Source of the DNA: Acidimicrobiia bacterium
Lineage (GTDB): Bacteria; Actinomycetota; Acidimicrobiia; Spongiisociales; ZC4RG35
Direction: 5' to 3'
DNA length: 47,876 bases
Assembly: GCA_041746755.1 (NCBI GenBank)
Contig: JBGTGL010000076.1
Coordinates: 1-47,876 of the forward strand
The notes below the pieces were generated by a model, which searched no databases, was not told the origin of the DNA, and saw only the letters and a program-made list of their open reading frames with translations. A program made the position numbers and the translations under genes. This document shows, in pieces, positions 37,528 through 46,533 of this stretch (within the stretch, counting starts at the first letter, position 1; every line of letters begins with the position of its first letter).

Positions 37528-37850
37528 CAGCCGAGGAGACCGCCCAAGTCGAGTCCACCGGTGACTCCTCCGAGAGATTCTCCCGCGGCGGCGATCGATG
37601 CCTCAGAGGCGCTCCGGACCGCCGCCACAACCAGGTCTTCGAGCATCTCCACATCATCGGGATCTACCACATCGGGCGAAATCTTGACCTCTACGAGCTC
37701 TTGGGTGCCGGTGACGGTAGCCTTGACCATCCCACCACCTGCGGTTCCTTCGAAGGTCCGGGCGGCCAACTCTGCCTGCGCCGCGGCCATCTGCTCCTGC
37801 ATCTTTTGGGCCTGCTGCATCAGCTGGCGCATATCGGGCTGTCTATTCAT
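37527..37850 (-). CDS. ybaB: YbaB/EbfC family nucleoid-associated protein
   Basis: 107 aa. MRQLMQQAQKMQEQM...GGGMVKATVTG typical. Sits in the canonical dnaX-ybaB-recR order. Confidence 0.9.
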   Translation of the reverse strand: MNRQPDMRQLMQQAQKMQEQMAAAQAELAARTFEGTAGGGMVKATVTGTQELVEVKISPDVVDPDDVEMLEDLVVAAVRSASEASIAAAGESLGGVTGGLDLGGLLG

Positions 37851-37928
37851 CGGACCAAGGCTAGTTGGAGGGCCGGACCAAAAAAGGGTGTGTGTCGAGG
37901 CAGGTCTGCACTACGCCCCCTCGAAGTG

Positions 37929-39653
37929 CTACCCCTCGACTTCTTCGGCGCCAAGTTCAGCGGCGAGGAGTTGGGTTGGATCAGTGGCGCTTTCGTCACG
38001 AGTCTCCAGGGTGCTGAGGTCAACTTCATCGACATCTTCGATCTGGCCGGTGGGGTCTTTGAGCCTGAATCGGACGCCCACTTCTCCTCCCAGGAGATCG
38101 CTCGCCCGAGTGGCAACTATCGCCGACACCGCGTCGTCACTCTGGAGCGACTGGTAATGGAAGTCGTGGGCCACTTCGAGCACAATCACATTTCCCTCGA
38201 CGGCCACCGGAATTGCTTCCCGAAAGTAGGCCCACCTTCGAGCGCCGAGCACGTCACGCAAGCTCCCGAAGAGACCCGACCAAACGCTCTTTAATTGATC
38301 AAATGAAACCGAAGTCGTCCCCACTTCCTTTTCTGGGTTCTTTTCCGCTGGCTCCGGGGTGGGTGTCTCGTCGATTTTCGCTCCGGCGTTCTCCGTCGGC
38401 TCCGGAGTACGTTCAGGCTGAACGGCTGTGTTGCCCTGGGGAGCCGTTGGAGCGGCCGGGGTCGGTGAGCTCACCGGTGCGACGACCTGTTGTCCGAGCT
38501 TTCGCTCCATCCGCTCGATCCTCGAAAGCAGGGCCTCAGTATCCGAGGCGGTCTCGGGACGGGTGAGCTTTATGAGTGCCAGCTCTGTCATCAAACGCTC
38601 CTCACGCCCCTCACGAAGCCGAACCAGGGCCTCGCCCAACAAGTCGACGGCACGAAGCACTTCAGTCGGCCGAACCAACTCAGCCGCCTTGCGCCACGAC
38701 TGATAGACCTCTTCCGGCTCGTCGGCGATCTCAGCGAGATTCGGCGCATAGTGGGCCAGGAACGCACCACGGAAGAATCCGATGCTCTCGGAGACAAAAC
38801 GACGGAGATCGACGCCCCGCGATGCGAGCTCCGCAACGAGCTCAAGTGCGGCCCGGGCATCTTCGGCCGCAATAGATTCAGCCAGCCTCATGAACGCTTC
38901 GGAGTCCGCAAGTCCCAGGGCACGTCGGACACCGGGTGGATCCACTACGCCCGCGCCGAGGGCGGCTACCTGCTCCAAAAGCGACAACGAATCCCGGACT
39001 GAACCCTCGGCGTGGCGCCCGATGGCGATCAGGGCCTGAGGATCGGCTTTGAAACCTTCCTGGTCGGAAATGGTGCTGAGATGCCCTGCCAATGCCTCGA
39101 TTGGCACCGGATGAAAGTCGAAACGCTGGCTACGGGATCGGATGGTGTCGAGGAGCTTGTATGGCTCTGTGGTGGCAAGCACAAAGTGAACATTGGGCGG
39201 CGGCTCTTCCAGTGTCTTCAATAATGCGTTACCGGCTGCTTTGGACAGCATGTGCGCCTCGTCGAGGACAAACACGCGTTTTGAAGTCGCGCTCGAGGCC
39301 ACCGTGGTGACGCTCACTTTGATATCTCGAATGTCATCGACCGAATTGTGCGAGGCGGCGTCGAGTTCCATCACATCAAATGAAGTACCACTTGTAATCG
39401 CTTCACAGCTGTCACACGCATTACAGGGTGATCCATGGTCGTCACGGTTCGGGCAGTTCAACGACTTGGCGAGAATTCTGGCGGTGGTGGTCTTCCCCGT
39501 GCCCCGCGGACCGGTGAAAAGGTAGGCGTGAGCTACGTGATCTTCGGCCACCTCGCGTGCGAGGGTCGTGGTCACGTGTGACTGCCCGATGACATCCTCA
39601 AACGTCTGCGGGCGATACTTCCGATACAAGGCCTGATAGTCCACGGGGTTCAA
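37929..39653 (-). CDS. dnaX: DNA polymerase III subunit gamma/tau
   Basis: 574 aa. YRKYRPQTFEDVIGQ, GPRGTGKTT, Zn module CNACDSC, VLDEAHML. Confidence 0.92.
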   Translation of the reverse strand: MNPVDYQALYRKYRPQTFEDVIGQSHVTTTLAREVAEDHVAHAYLFTGPRGTGKTTTARILAKSLNCPNRDDHGSPCNACDSCEAITSGTSFDVMELDAASHNSVDDIRDIKVSVTTVASSATSKRVFVLDEAHMLSKAAGNALLKTLEEPPPNVHFVLATTEPYKLLDTIRSRSQRFDFHPVPIEALAGHLSTISDQEGFKADPQALIAIGRHAEGSVRDSLSLLEQVAALGAGVVDPPGVRRALGLADSEAFMRLAESIAAEDARAALELVAELASRGVDLRRFVSESIGFFRGAFLAHYAPNLAEIADEPEEVYQSWRKAAELVRPTEVLRAVDLLGEALVRLREGREERLMTELALIKLTRPETASDTEALLSRIERMERKLGQQVVAPVSSPTPAAPTAPQGNTAVQPERTPEPTENAGAKIDETPTPEPAEKNPEKEVGTTSVSFDQLKSVWSGLFGSLRDVLGARRWAYFREAIPVAVEGNVIVLEVAHDFHYQSLQSDDAVSAIVATRASDLLGGEVGVRFRLKDPTGQIEDVDEVDLSTLETRDESATDPTQLLAAELGAEEVEG

Positions 39654-39755
39654 CAGTACCGCTTCGCTGTGACTTCGTCCCGGGTGTTGGCTCGTTTACC
39701 TTCCGAACCAGGGAATCTCCTTCGGTTATCCATCAAACTCGTCGATACTGTGGCA

Positions 39756-40562
39756 GTGACAGGTGTGATCAGCGAGCCCGAAACCACCCGAGAGTCCACA
39801 ACCAAACCAGCGGTGTGGGCGCGCGGTCTGGTGCGCAAATTCGGAAAGAAGGTCGCCGTCGACAATGTCGACCTCTCGATCCAAACAGGCGAGTTCTACG
39901 GCCTTCTGGGACAGAACGGTGCGGGCAAGACCACGACCATCAAGTCAATCGTTGGTCTCCTTCGCCCCTCTGCCGGCTCTGTAGGCATCGGCGAGTTCGA
40001 CACGTGGCAGCACCCGACCGAGGTAAAAAAGCGAATCGGCGTACTCCCCGAGGAGTTCAATCTCTACGAACGTCTTACCGGCGCCGAACTCCTCGACTTC
40101 ACCGCGGCAATGCACGGATTGAGTCGCGAGCAGGCCAAAACCAGGCGAGACGAGCTCCTCGACCTCTTGGACCTGGAGGCCGACCGGGCAACCCTGATCG
40201 GTGACTATTCCCGGGGTATGCGGAAGAAGGTGGCGCTTGGCGCCGCCATCATCCATCGTCCACCCGTCCTGTTCCTCGACGAACCGTTTGAGGGAGTCGA
40301 CGCCGTTTCGGCCAGGCTCATTCGCAACTTGCTGCAGCAGGCGGCGCAGGGAGGCACAACCATCGTATTCTCATCTCATGAGATGCACCTCGTCGAGAAG
40401 TTGTGCACTCGAATCGGGATCATGGTCGCCGGGCGGCTGACCATCGACGACACACCAAGGGGCCTATGCGATCGGATGGGTGTGTCCAGCGTCGAGGACG
40501 CCTTCATCATTGCCGTCGGTGGTGACCCGGCGGGGAATTCGTCTTGGTACGTCACTTCATAG
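39756..40562 (+). CDS. ABC transporter ATP-binding protein (start uncertain; frame open from 39669)
   Basis: Walker A GLLGQNGAGKTT, signature YSRGMRKK, Walker B LFLDEPFEGVD. GTG 39756 gives a family-typical N-terminus, and the earlier part of the ORF has no family similarity. Confidence 0.8.
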   Translation: MTGVISEPETTRESTTKPAVWARGLVRKFGKKVAVDNVDLSIQTGEFYGLLGQNGAGKTTTIKSIVGLLRPSAGSVGIGEFDTWQHPTEVKKRIGVLPEEFNLYERLTGAELLDFTAAMHGLSREQAKTRRDELLDLLDLEADRATLIGDYSRGMRKKVALGAAIIHRPPVLFLDEPFEGVDAVSARLIRNLLQQAAQGGTTIVFSSHEMHLVEKLCTRIGIMVAGRLTIDDTPRGLCDRMGVSSVEDAFIIAVGGDPAGNSSWYVTS

Positions 40563-42148
40563 AACTGAAAGCACGTCTTACCTGGAACGGGTTCAAGACG
40601 GATACCCAGCGCAAGGTCGGCCTTCCCGTTGCCGTCATTCTCCTCTTGTCGGCGGGCTTTTGGCTTGCCAACAAGTACACCGCTGTTTACGGATCGATCG
40701 CCACGGTGGATCAGGCTGCGGGGGCTGAGTACCTGGGGTGGTGCGCCCTTTTCGCCTTCCTCGTTTGGACGACGCTGCCCGTAATCATCTTTCCTCTCGA
40801 CGAAAATCTCGATCCCCAACAAATGGCGACCTTGCCCGTGTCTCCCAATCAGCTGGTTGCCGGGTTGACGGCAGCATCGCTGATCGCGCCATCGGTGGTG
40901 GTTCTGGCAATCGTTGGGTTCGCGAACGCCAGGATCCTGGCAGATGGCTGGTGGATGATCCCGCCTGCCTCCGTCGTCCTGATCCTGTTGTTCATCGTCG
41001 GCTCTCAGCTGCTTTCCGCAGCAGTGTCGGCAGTTCTCCGCAACCGGCGAGGCCGAGATCTGGCCACTTTCTTGATATTTGGACTTGCCGGTTCGGCCTT
41101 CTTCATCTACCGATCTGTTGACGAATTGGTCGCCGAGCAAGGATTCGTCAAGGCGGTCTTGTCTTATCCGATTCTGGACAAGGCATGGTTCCTCCCACCC
41201 GTGGCAGCACAAAGATCCATCATCGAGGCGGCGGCGGGGCAACCTTCGAACGCCGTCCTCTTCCTTCTGGTATCGATGGTTGGGGTGGCCGTGATGGCAT
41301 TAGCCTGGCGTGGCCTGACTCAGTGGATGATCACCACACCCAGTGAGGGAAGCCGCCCCGCGGCGAGGTCGAGACGCAACGGCATGGCCTCAGGCCCATG
41401 GGGAACCATCGTGACCCTGGCCCGGAAGGAGCTTCGCTTCTACGTCCGTGATCCCCGGCAACGGCTCGTGTGGACTGGCACCGTGATTTTCGTGGGTCTG
41501 GGTGTGGCTGGAGCGGTCATGGGAACCACTGGCTTTTTCGATGTGCGCGGCCAGGAGTGGGGCCCTTTGGTAGCGCCGGTGCTAGTCCTTTTCGTGGGCC
41601 TACCGATTGCACTCAACCTCTTTGGCTGGGAACGCAATGCTGCAAGCTACTTGTTCGTTCTCCCGGTCAAACCGCGGTCACTGCTCCTCGGGAAGAACCT
41701 TGCAGTCGCCACAGCCCTTATGCTCGAGACCGGAATTCTCACTCTGATTCTTGGTGCCTTCACCGGCCAATGGAAATGGGTTTGGTTGGTGCCTCCGCTC
41801 GCCATATCAGCGATCGGATGCCAGATGGCGGTGGGGAATTTCGTGTCGGTCATCACTCCCTTGCGGCTCCCGCGTGAAGGGACAGACGTCTTCGCTCAAT
41901 CTACGGAACAGGGATGTCTGGCGATCGCATCACAAACCATCTCGTTTTTCGCGATCGGGCTGCTGCTGATTCCGCCGGTCTCAGCAGTCGTCCTCACGGT
42001 GGGGTTCGGCGGAGCACTCCACCCCCTTCTCGCAGTTGTGATCACTATCGGATGGGGTGCCCTTCTATACGGATTGTCACTGTGGATTTCGGGAATCCTT
42101 CTCAGACGCAGATTGCCCGAAGTGCTCGACTGGGTACAGGTCGTCTAA
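40544..42148 (+). CDS. large polytopic membrane protein, putative permease partner of the upstream ABC ATPase
   Basis: 534 aa. TTG start overlaps the ATPase gene by 19 nt. Many hydrophobic segments. No specific motif recognised. Confidence 0.6.
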   Translation: MVRHFIELKARLTWNGFKTDTQRKVGLPVAVILLLSAGFWLANKYTAVYGSIATVDQAAGAEYLGWCALFAFLVWTTLPVIIFPLDENLDPQQMATLPVSPNQLVAGLTAASLIAPSVVVLAIVGFANARILADGWWMIPPASVVLILLFIVGSQLLSAAVSAVLRNRRGRDLATFLIFGLAGSAFFIYRSVDELVAEQGFVKAVLSYPILDKAWFLPPVAAQRSIIEAAAGQPSNAVLFLLVSMVGVAVMALAWRGLTQWMITTPSEGSRPAARSRRNGMASGPWGTIVTLARKELRFYVRDPRQRLVWTGTVIFVGLGVAGAVMGTTGFFDVRGQEWGPLVAPVLVLFVGLPIALNLFGWERNAASYLFVLPVKPRSLLLGKNLAVATALMLETGILTLILGAFTGQWKWVWLVPPLAISAIGCQMAVGNFVSVITPLRLPREGTDVFAQSTEQGCLAIASQTISFFAIGLLLIPPVSAVVLTVGFGGALHPLLAVVITIGWGALLYGLSLWISGILLRRRLPEVLDWVQVV

Positions 42149-42204
42149 CGACAGATTTATGGTGAGCGGGGTAAGTTCCAGCCGTCGCATTTCAAGGAGC
42201 CTCC

Positions 42205-42954
42205 ATGACCACCCTAAACCCGGAACAAGAAGCGCTATGCGAGCAGGATCAGTGGGATTTTTCCAAGCTGACCGCCCTTTTCATAAACACGACCCTGAAG
42301 AAGTCTCCCGAAGTCTCCAATACCCAGGGTCTCATCGATATCTCAGCTGAAATCATGCGCCGACAGGGTGTGACCATCAATGAGATCCGGGCGGCCGACC
42401 ACGATCTCCCACCAGGCGTGTGGCCGGACATGACCGAGCACGGATACGAAACCGACGAGTGGCCCGTCCTATTCGACCGGGTGATGGCAGCTGACATCTT
42501 GGTGTTGGGGACCCCGATCTGGCTAGGGGAGAAGTCATCGATATGCACCAGGGTCATCGAGCGTCTCTATGGAAACTCGGGACAACTAAATGAGGCCGGC
42601 CAGTACGCCTACTACGGGCGTGTCGGTGGGTGCCTGGTCACCGGGAACGAGGACGGCATCAAACACTGTTCCATGAACGTGCTCTACTCGCTGCAGCACC
42701 TTGGATATTCCATACCACCTCAGGCCGACGCCGGCTGGATCGGTGAGGCCGGCCCGGGGCCTTCGTACCTCGATCCTGGATCGGGTGGGCCTGAGAATGA
42801 CTTCACAAATCGCAACACCACATTCATGACGTGGAACCTCCTCCATCTTGGGAGACTGCTCAAGGACGAGGGGGGATTCCCGGTCCACGGGAACCAACGA
42901 TCCGAGTGGGACGACGGGTGTCGCTTCGACTTCCCCAACCCCGAGCACAGATAA
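42205..42954 (+). CDS. flavodoxin-like fold NAD(P)H-dependent FMN reductase family protein
   Basis: 249 aa. ADILVLGTPIWLGEKSSICTRVIERLY is typical of this family. SD AAGGAG upstream. Confidence 0.65.
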   Translation: MTTLNPEQEALCEQDQWDFSKLTALFINTTLKKSPEVSNTQGLIDISAEIMRRQGVTINEIRAADHDLPPGVWPDMTEHGYETDEWPVLFDRVMAADILVLGTPIWLGEKSSICTRVIERLYGNSGQLNEAGQYAYYGRVGGCLVTGNEDGIKHCSMNVLYSLQHLGYSIPPQADAGWIGEAGPGPSYLDPGSGGPENDFTNRNTTFMTWNLLHLGRLLKDEGGFPVHGNQRSEWDDGCRFDFPNPEHR

Positions 42955-43007
42955 GGCAAACCCGTCGCCGGTTGGAATACTCTTAGTCACGTAAGGAAGG
43001 AAACGAA

Positions 43008-43423
43008 ATGTTCTCCATGTTCAGAGACGCCGACCAGATGGAGACGGCTGAGGAACAACTCATAGCCATGCTCGCCAGCTGCCAGGACACATTCGAGCTC
43101 GGCGCCGGTGCCGTCCTCGTGAGATCGATGTCACCGAGGCAGGAAACCAACTCGGTCGAATTGACCGTGATTTGAACAAGACCGAACGTGCCGTGCGCCG
43201 CGAGATGCTGGTTCACGGAACCGTGCGCGGTGCCGAGGTAGACCACGGATTGATGCTGACGTATATGGCCGTTGCCAAGGACATCGAGCGAATCGGCGAC
43301 TACTGCAAGAACATCTGGAATCTCGCTCAGATGGGTGTCAACCTTTCCAATGGCGCCGACCGCGACGAGATATTGAGCCAGCCAAAATCCGAGGCGACCT
43401 GCGCCAGCCATAGTTTCCTGTAA
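43008..43423 (+). pseudogene. PhoU-domain protein gene interrupted by a frameshift near 43121
   Basis: ATG 43008 has a good SD (AGGAAGG). Frame A gives MFSMFRDADQMETAEEQLIAMLASCQDTFELGAGAVLV, then stops at 43173. The family-like sequence continues in the -1 frame (EIDVTEAGNQLGRIDRDLNKTERAVRREMLVH...KDIERIGDYCKNIWNLAQ) to 43423. Confidence 0.5.
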
Positions 43424-43518
43424 TCCCGGATCGCGAACAGGGTGCGAAACGAGTTCACGACCCGATACCACGCACCGGGGCGGACATCCGCAAGAAGACA
43501 AAGCTAAATGCGTACTCG

Positions 43519-43758
43519 TCACCCTCGTACGACGCGGACGACGCCAACCCGCTCCAGTGCATTGATGTGGTAGTAGAGACGTGTTGGGAGTAGATGCAAA
43601 ACGTCTGCGACTTCTTTGACTGAGCGGGGTTCGGTGAGCTGGTTCAAGATCTTGAGCCGCAGGGGGTTGTTCATCGCTTCAAGGACTCTGAGATCCTCGA
43701 CGTCCATGACATCGAGTGGGGGCGCATGTTTTTTGGCCATCCCGCCAATATGGTTCAA
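43519..43758 (-). CDS. ArsR-family winged-helix regulator, apparently C-terminally truncated (start TTG 43758 or ATG 43740)
   Basis: LRVLEAMNNPLRLKILNQL...RSVKEVADVLHLLPTRLYYHINALERVGVV is an HTH_20/ArsR core. The ORF stops right after the first wing strand (VRVVRG*). Confidence 0.6.
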   Translation of the reverse strand: MNHIGGMAKKHAPPLDVMDVEDLRVLEAMNNPLRLKILNQLTEPRSVKEVADVLHLLPTRLYYHINALERVGVVRVVRG

Positions 43759-43810
43759 ACCATTTGAACATTCAAGCGATTTGAAAGAGCTCCTCTTTCG
43801 TGAATGTTCA
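43753..43810. promoter_or_regulatory. cluster of TTGAA/TTCAA inverted repeats in an AT-richer divergent promoter region (candidate operator array)
   Basis: GTTCAA-accat-TTGAAC (43753..43769), TTGAA-ca-TTCAA (43764..43775), TTTGAAA (43780..43786), TGAA-tg-TTCA (43801..43810). Confidence 0.4.
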
Positions 43811-44417
43811 ACCGCAGATCCAATTGGTGAATTGGAATCGGGAATGGCAGGCTAGATCGGTGCAACGCCTCAGACTTGGAATCGACCTCGATGGTGTCGT
43901 CGCCAATTTCACCAAGGGGTGGATGGACTTTTACAACGCCCAGCACGGGACCGACCTGCAGGTTGAGGACTCCCGCGCCTGGAACGACCTCGTCGATCTA
44001 ACCCACTTCAAGGATGTCGGGGAGTTCTGGGACTGGTCCGCAGACCTCGATGGGAAGTCGGTGTTCTGGCATCTCGAGACATTTCCCGGTGCGATCGAGG
44101 CTCTTGAGGACTTGGCAAACGAGGGTCATCACATCGCGATTCTCACCACCAAGCCGGCTTTCGCAGTGCATGACACTCTCGAGTGGTTGGCCCGCCACCA
44201 ACTTCCGACCACCGAGATCCATATTCTCGAAGACAAATGGCGGGTTGATTGTGATGTGTATCTCGACGACGGGCCCCATGTTCTCCCGCGCCTCGCCACC
44301 GAGCGCGCCAACCGAACGATCTGCCGGTATGTGCGCCCATGGAACAGGCCTTTGCAGGGCGTGGTGGACGTCCACGACTTCGATGAGTTTCGCGAGGTTG
44401 TGTCTCGCTTGGCATAA
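43800..44417 (+). CDS. 5'(3')-deoxyribonucleotidase-like HAD phosphatase (NT5C family); start uncertain (GTG 43860 possible)
   Basis: GIDLDGVVANF (DxDxV nucleophile motif), ILTTKP, YLDDGPH. Confidence 0.65.
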   Translation: MNVQPQIQLVNWNREWQARSVQRLRLGIDLDGVVANFTKGWMDFYNAQHGTDLQVEDSRAWNDLVDLTHFKDVGEFWDWSADLDGKSVFWHLETFPGAIEALEDLANEGHHIAILTTKPAFAVHDTLEWLARHQLPTTEIHILEDKWRVDCDVYLDDGPHVLPRLATERANRTICRYVRPWNRPLQGVVDVHDFDEFREVVSRLA

Positions 44418-44490
44418 CCAACGCCACCGTGCTGTGTCCATGAACTATGGGCGAGTCGCTTGCCGCCTCGATTCACATAAGGTGTTCGAT

Positions 44491-45480
44491 ATGTCTGAAA
44501 TGTTTCGTATCACCCGCCAGATCAGGGAGCGACAAGAAAAAGACTTGGCGCCTGCGGCGTCGAGGTCGACGGAGTCTGCAGGTCGCGAACTTTCGGAGGA
44601 GCCTGACGAGTTTCGGACCTCGTTCGAGCGGGATCGCGACCGGATTATCCACACCAAGGCCTTTCGGCGTCTCAAACACAAGACGCAAGTTTTTCTCAAT
44701 CCCGATGGTGATCACTTCGTCACGAGGATGACCCACACCATTCATGTGACCCAGGTCGGGCGAGCCATGGCGAGGGCCCTTGGACTCAACGAAGCCCTGA
44801 CTGAGGCGATCTGCCTGGCCCACGATGTCGGGCACTCCCCTTTCGGCCATACCGGTGAGGACGCGCTCACACCCTTCGTCGACGGCGAATGGCTTCACTC
44901 CGAACAAGGGGTTCGAACACTTTCGATCCTCGAGCCTCAGAATCTCACTTTTGAGGTACTCGATGGGATCCGGGCCCACTCCTGGAAGATCGACCCCCCT
45001 CCGGCAACACCGGAAGGATGGCTCTGCCGATTCGCCGATCGCATCGCCTATCTGACGCATGATGTTTCAGACGCGCTCCGCGCCGGGGTCATCGAGTATC
45101 ACGACATCCCCCGAGACACCCTCACCACTTTCGGCGGTAGTGCCCGGGAGTGGATCGGGTCGATGGTGACTGCGGTAATCGAGGCGAGTTATCTCGAAGG
45201 CAAGGTAGTGATGGCGCCGGAAGATCTCGCCGTGATGGACCATCTGAGGGATTTCATGTTCGAACGGGTGTATCTGAGTCCGGAAGCCGAAGCACAGAAA
45301 GTCCGCGCCATCCAGGTGATTGGTGATTTGGTCAATTACTACCAGGAGATGCCAGGCGAGATCCCCGAGGGACTGGAGGGCTCGAATCCTCTCGCCGCCA
45401 TCGACTATGTGGCCGGGATGACCGATCGTTTCGCACTCAACGCCTGGGATGCCCTTTTCCGCCCGACTCTGAACCTGTAG
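44491..45480 (+). CDS. dgt: dGTP triphosphohydrolase-like HD-domain protein
   Basis: Track ORF 44014..45480. ATG 44491 has the SD AAGGTG 6 nt upstream; ATG 44440 is an alternative. FERDRDRIIHTKAFRRLKHKTQVF, HDVGHSPFGH, DRIAYLTHDV. Confidence 0.85.
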   Translation: MSEMFRITRQIRERQEKDLAPAASRSTESAGRELSEEPDEFRTSFERDRDRIIHTKAFRRLKHKTQVFLNPDGDHFVTRMTHTIHVTQVGRAMARALGLNEALTEAICLAHDVGHSPFGHTGEDALTPFVDGEWLHSEQGVRTLSILEPQNLTFEVLDGIRAHSWKIDPPPATPEGWLCRFADRIAYLTHDVSDALRAGVIEYHDIPRDTLTTFGGSAREWIGSMVTAVIEASYLEGKVVMAPEDLAVMDHLRDFMFERVYLSPEAEAQKVRAIQVIGDLVNYYQEMPGEIPEGLEGSNPLAAIDYVAGMTDRFALNAWDALFRPTLNL

Positions 45481-45645
45481 AGCTCGATTCGCGCCCAACG
45501 CGCGGAACCCGAGTTAACTGCGTCGCTCGCATCGAGGCAGTCGGCGTCGCTGACCGCCCGGGAACCACGACCTCGCGCCCAAATTCGCAAGGCCACCTCC
45601 CTCGATTTCTGGTCACGGCAGAATTCCCTTACCGTTCCATACCCG

Positions 45646-46533
45646 ATGTTGAAAGTTGATTCGCTAGCAAAACGATACGGCGACGTCGTAGCTCTCGATT
45701 CATGCAGCTTTGAGGTTAACCGGGGCCGGATGATGGGATTTCTCGGACCCAACGGATCGGGAAAGACCACCACCATGCGGTCCATATTCGGGCTGGTGCG
45801 ACCCGATTCTGGTCACGTCGAGTGGGAAGGAAAACCCATCGATGATGAAGCGAGGGCAACCTTCGGGTACATGCCCGAACAGCGTGGCCTATATCCCCGA
45901 ATGAAGATCCTCGACCAGGTGGTTTATATGGGCAAGATCCATGGAATGGAGAAGTCCGCAGCGCTTGACGCCGCCAACAGCTGGCTCGACCGACTCGGCC
46001 TCGAGGACCGCAAGGACCACCCGCTGGAATCGCTCTCCCATGGAAATCAACAACGGGTCCAACTGGCAGTTGCCTTGGTCCATGATCCCGACCTTCTGGT
46101 CCTCGATGAGCCCTTCAGTGGCCTCGATCCAATCGCAGCTGAAACCATGTCTCAGATCCTCACCGAAGAAGCTGCTGGCGGTAAAGCTGTACTTTTCTCA
46201 TCGCATCAACTCGATGTTGTCGAAGATCTCTGCGAAGACGTTGTCATCATCAGCGACGGGCAGATAGTCGTGCAAGGCGTGGTCCGGGAGCTCAAAGACG
46301 CCAGCCCCATTCGCCACCTCGAAATCGAGCTCGACGAGTCGACAGAAGATGTGCTCAGCTCTCTTGGAGCGGTGATCCGAGTTTCCTCTCGCGGGAATCG
46401 CCAAACAGCGATTATCGACGCCAGTACCGACGTCCGCGGGGTTCTCCTCAAGGCTCAAGAAGCCGGAACAATCCGCCACTTCACATATACGTCTCCATCA
46501 CTCTCAGACCTGTTTCGCGAGGCTGTTAAGTGA
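45646..46533 (+). CDS. ABC transporter ATP-binding protein (NatA-like)
   Basis: GFLGPNGSGKTT, LSHGNQQRVQLAVAL, LVLDEPFSGLD. Confidence 0.85.
   Translation: MLKVDSLAKRYGDVVALDSCSFEVNRGRMMGFLGPNGSGKTTTMRSIFGLVRPDSGHVEWEGKPIDDEARATFGYMPEQRGLYPRMKILDQVVYMGKIHGMEKSAALDAANSWLDRLGLEDRKDHPLESLSHGNQQRVQLAVALVHDPDLLVLDEPFSGLDPIAAETMSQILTEEAAGGKAVLFSSHQLDVVEDLCEDVVIISDGQIVVQGVVRELKDASPIRHLEIELDESTEDVLSSLGAVIRVSSRGNRQTAIIDASTDVRGVLLKAQEAGTIRHFTYTSPSLSDLFREAVK

Noticed and set aside
37880-37885. A-run (T-run on the coding strand) near dnaX, as a possible programmed frameshift site like the one in E. coli dnaX.
   Set aside because: It lies in the spacer between the dnaX stop (37929) and the ybaB start (37850), outside the coding sequence. 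More likely it is part of a weak terminator or spacer.
39654-39755. SRP (4.5S) RNA, which often lies upstream of dnaX. The minus strand contains CCCTGGTTCGGAAGGTAAACGAGCC, reminiscent of CCAGGUCAGGUCCGGAAGGAAGCAGCC.
   Set aside because: The conserved domain IV segments (CAGG before the GGAA tetraloop, GAAGCAGCC after it) are not matched, and I could not draw the long closing helix. The spacer is barely 100 nt and partly overlaps the open frame of the ABC ATPase gene. It is still worth an Infernal scan.
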